This document shows, piece after piece, positions 28,039 through 30,437 of a stretch of DNA of 30,437 nucleotides. The DNA is taken from positions 1-30,437 of the forward strand of contig JBBRXO010000020.1 of NCBI GenBank assembly GCA_038248345.1, given 5' to 3'. Each line of letters opens with the position of its first letter. Position 1 is the first letter of the stretch. The notes below the pieces were generated by a model, which did no database searches, was not told where the DNA came from, and saw only the letters and a program-made list of their open reading frames with translations. Source of the stretch: Armatimonadota bacterium. Its GTDB lineage: Bacteria > Armatimonadota > Hebobacteria > CAIYQO01. Both the position numbers and the translations under genes were made by a program.

Positions 28039-28734
28039 TCAGTTCTTCGAGAGAAGGTGGTGAAAAGATGATGCGCATGTGGGCGTGAAACAGCGGCGCT
28101 GTGATTGTGCGAGGGCAGAGAAAACATTGCGGAGCTCAGCATCGGTGCGAATGAAAGCAATCTCGTCGGCCAAGCGCAGGGCGCTATTTTGAGCTTCAAG
28201 TAACTGCTGCTTCATCTTTAAGGATACCGGTAATACTGAGGCCAGTAAAAACGAAGAGATTAATGGGTCATCCGGTAAATTGATATGACTCATCTCACTG
28301 CCACAATGGCGATTGAGTAACCTTGTGTACTCCGGGAGTAACTCGAGGGCTTCTTGTAATCTTTTACCGGCATTGCTCCCCAGCGTTTCCTCAATCAGTT
28401 CAACACTCCCCGTGAGGTATGGCGCTTGTTGTATCAAGCTCAAAATGCGTAAGCGCTTCTCACCATATAAGATAACACTCGTCGGTGCATCCGCCTCATC
28501 TTCATGGATGAGCATAGCAACGCGAGCAAGGCAACCGATAGCAGAAGGGATTGAAGCGCAACCGTTGTCGGCTCTGTTGTGTGTCAAAATCACACCAATA
28601 TGGCGGATGCTATCGTTGCAAGCACGAAAGAAGCTACATTGCGCCGGGTTATTTAGCCGCAACGAAATGTATGCCCCGGGGAATAATACCTCGGACATCA
28701 CGAGCAGTGGAACATCAGTAATTACATCCGGCAC
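28039..28734 (-). CDS. Stand-alone LON peptidase substrate-binding (N-terminal) domain protein
   Basis: VPLLVM.EVLFPG..I.L; IGCLARV; GEKRLRI; PYLTG.V; LPDDP...SF.LA..L......KQQLLE......RL. No AAA+ or protease domain. AGGAGGAG RBS. Confidence 0.85.
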   Translation of the reverse strand: MPDVITDVPLLVMSEVLFPGAYISLRLNNPAQCSFFRACNDSIRHIGVILTHNRADNGCASIPSAIGCLARVAMLIHEDEADAPTSVILYGEKRLRILSLIQQAPYLTGSVELIEETLGSNAGKRLQEALELLPEYTRLLNRHCGSEMSHINLPDDPLISSFLLASVLPVSLKMKQQLLEAQNSALRLADEIAFIRTDAELRNVFSALAQSQRRCFTPTCASSFHHLLSKN

Positions 28735-28750
28735 GAGCTCCTCCTAATGA

Positions 28751-28779
28751 ATTATAAGTGCTATCTTCACCACTTACAA
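28751..28779 (-). promoter_or_regulatory. Sigma70 promoter of the LON-N gene overlapped by an inverted repeat
   Basis: Minus strand TTGTAA, 17-bp spacer, TATAAT; inverted-repeat arms TTGTAAGTG / CACTTATAA. Confidence 0.65.
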
Positions 28780-28838
28780 CGATATCATCGATATAAGAGG
28801 TATTAAAAGTAGCACAGATGCAAACTCTATCTGGTGAT

Positions 28839-29231
28839 TTATTCTACCGCACAATCCTTTTTAGTCGCTATGGTCATATTTACAATTTCCAATAACTCCT
28901 GTTGGTTAAAAGGTTTGGTTAGATATCCATCCGCCTGCGTCACTTCCATCCCCATTATTCTATCCAACGGTTGATTCCGTACCGTTAAGAAAACTACGGC
29001 GGTGTTGCGTGTATGCGGCATCTCTTTCACCCGGCGGCATACTTCCCAACCATCTAAACCGGGCATCATGACGTCTGTGATGATTAGATCAAATGGTTCA
29101 TTCAGCAGCAAGTCTAGCCCTTCTTGGCCGTTTGATGCTAGCGTAACTTTGTACCCCACGGATTCGAGCATCACTCCAACTAATTGACGTATATCTATCT
29201 CATCATCTATTACTAGTATATTACAATCCAC
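28839..29231 (-). CDS. Single-domain response regulator (CheY-like receiver)
   Basis: ILVIDDE; DLIITDVMMPGLDG (phospho-Asp); FLT; ADGYLTKPF. GTG 29231 follows AAGGTGG; alternative TTG 29252. Confidence 0.92.
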   Translation of the reverse strand: MDCNILVIDDEIDIRQLVGVMLESVGYKVTLASNGQEGLDLLLNEPFDLIITDVMMPGLDGWEVCRRVKEMPHTRNTAVVFLTVRNQPLDRIMGMEVTQADGYLTKPFNQQELLEIVNMTIATKKDCAVE

Positions 29232-29256
29232 GTTTCTGTTCCCACCTTTCAAATTT

Positions 29257-30354
29257 TTACCCTATAACCATTAATTCCATCGGCTTCGGGGTGCAAGTTA
29301 GCACTTCCGTCCCAGATTCCATTACCAGCGCCAGGTCTTCAATACGTACTCCCCCCACCCCCGGCAGGTAAATCCCCGGTTCTATCGTCACCATTGCTCC
29401 TACTGGTAATATATTCTCGGCGCTGCTGCTCAACCGGGGCGCTTCGTGAACTTCCAACCCCACTCCATGTCCGGTTCCATGGCCGAAATATTCACCGAAC
29501 CCCGCTTGCTCTATTATATCGCGTGCGATCTTATCCACTTCTTTTCCACTCATCCCGGCACGCAAATTTATCTCTGCATTATGTTGCGCTTCAGCGCAGA
29601 TGCCATATATCAGTTCCGCCTTTGGCCGCGTCTCTGCTACTGCAAATGTTCGTGTCATATCGGCACAATAATGCCGATAACACGCCCCCATGTCAACCAT
29701 CACTAAATCGCCCGCCTGAATTGGGCGTTCGCCAGGCGTGGCATGAGGTAAAGCAGTATGCAATCCAGCGGATACAATCGTAGCAAAGGCTACATCCTCG
29801 GCGCCATGTCGCCGCATGTACCATTCCGCTTCCAATGCCAATTCACGTTCTGTGACGCCTATACTTACATATGACAGCAAATGAGTGAATGCCGCATCGG
29901 TAATACGCGCTGCCTCCCGCATCAAGTCCGCTTCATCATTATCCTTGATGAGGCGTAATTCTTCAACCAGTCCATTTTCTGGTAACAGTGCTAGCTTTGC
30001 GTCAGTTCCCTGCAATAATAGAAATCGCTGGTAGGATAAATCAGCCGCCTCAAAAGCAGCACATTTCACCCCTCGTTTTATCAAGGTTTGATGAATCACC
30101 ACCTCTTCGACAGGCTGTTCCTTTTCAATTCGTATAAGTTCCCACTCGGGAGCCTCGCTGCCTACCTGTAGATAATAACGGCTATCAGTTACCAGCAACA
30201 ATTCATTCTCGGTAATGATGAGTGCCCCGGCGCTGCCGGTGAAGCCAGACAGATAATAAACATTTTCATGTTTTGTCACGATAATACATGGGATATTTTT
30301 TACCTGCAATAGATCCCGGAGAGTTCGTATGCGCTTGTTACGGTTAATTGCCAA
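29257..30354 (-). CDS. Xaa-Pro aminopeptidase (M24B family, YqhT/PepP-like)
   Basis: YYLSGFTGS; TDSRY; LPHA; D.G.....YCADMTRT; HGTGHGVGLEVHE; TIEPGIY; GVRIED. Confidence 0.95.
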   Translation of the reverse strand: MAINRNKRIRTLRDLLQVKNIPCIIVTKHENVYYLSGFTGSAGALIITENELLLVTDSRYYLQVGSEAPEWELIRIEKEQPVEEVVIHQTLIKRGVKCAAFEAADLSYQRFLLLQGTDAKLALLPENGLVEELRLIKDNDEADLMREAARITDAAFTHLLSYVSIGVTERELALEAEWYMRRHGAEDVAFATIVSAGLHTALPHATPGERPIQAGDLVMVDMGACYRHYCADMTRTFAVAETRPKAELIYGICAEAQHNAEINLRAGMSGKEVDKIARDIIEQAGFGEYFGHGTGHGVGLEVHEAPRLSSSAENILPVGAMVTIEPGIYLPGVGGVRIEDLALVMESGTEVLTCTPKPMELMVIG

Positions 30355-30356
30355 TT

Positions 30357-30437
30357 TTACCCTTTCATGATGCGCAGGTGCTCTGCAGCTGCACGCAGCG
30401 CCAGCAGGTAACTTCCCGGTCCAAAGCCGCTGATCAC
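30357..30437 (-). CDS. aroQ: Type II 3-dehydroquinate dehydratase, C-terminal end (truncated by window edge)
   Basis: My translation VISGFGPGSYLLALRAAAEHLRIMKG* matches the AroQ C-terminal I.GFG..SY.LAL motif, and aroQ commonly precedes the M24 peptidase gene. Confidence 0.8.
   Translation of the reverse strand: MISGFGPGSYLLALRAAAEHLRIMKG

Noticed and set aside
27319..28071. 250-aa + strand ORF (and similar antisense ORFs such as 1681-2250, 3867-4484, 15838-16440, 18864-19436)
   Set aside because: They lie antisense to well-supported conserved genes and carry no recognisable motifs, as expected for shadow ORFs.
1..30437. CRISPR array, integron cassettes, IS or prophage
   Set aside because: I saw no regularly spaced direct repeats, attC-sized RYYYAAC..GTTRRRY hairpins, transposase, integrase or phage genes.

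Overview
This is a bacterial chromosomal window of mostly housekeeping genes. On the + strand lie the 3' end of fmt, a TPR protein, a stand-alone corrinoid (B12-binding) protein, a PGM/PMM, an ABC exporter, an apparent xseB / J-like-TPR-membrane / trpA / DUF1444-like operon, and an XRE-cupin regulator with an acyl-CoA synthetase; one GT4 gene within this stretch is on the - strand. The long - strand run holds the 3' end of aroQ, an M24 peptidase, a response regulator, a LON-N protein, an enlarged secA, purB / LiaF-like / purS / purQ / ferritin-like / purL, a Gfo/Idh/MocA oxidoreductase, an M16 peptidase, prmC, a GT4 and a secreted multidomain cyclophilin. I found no rRNA, tRNA, CRISPR array, transposase, integrase or prophage gene, and I cannot support a complete new multi-gene system. 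The best leads are a ~1150-aa SecA with 51-aa and ~167-aa insertions, an HPD-less J-like/TPR/membrane protein placed among orphan subunits, a DUF4424-like/stalk/cyclophilin fusion, and non-pur genes inside the pur operon. Weaker leads are dispersed REP-like hairpins, a dif-like 28-mer and local GC-skew patches that ignore gene orientation. An Armatimonadota-like origin is a tentative inference. All family calls come from motif recognition by eye, not from database searches.
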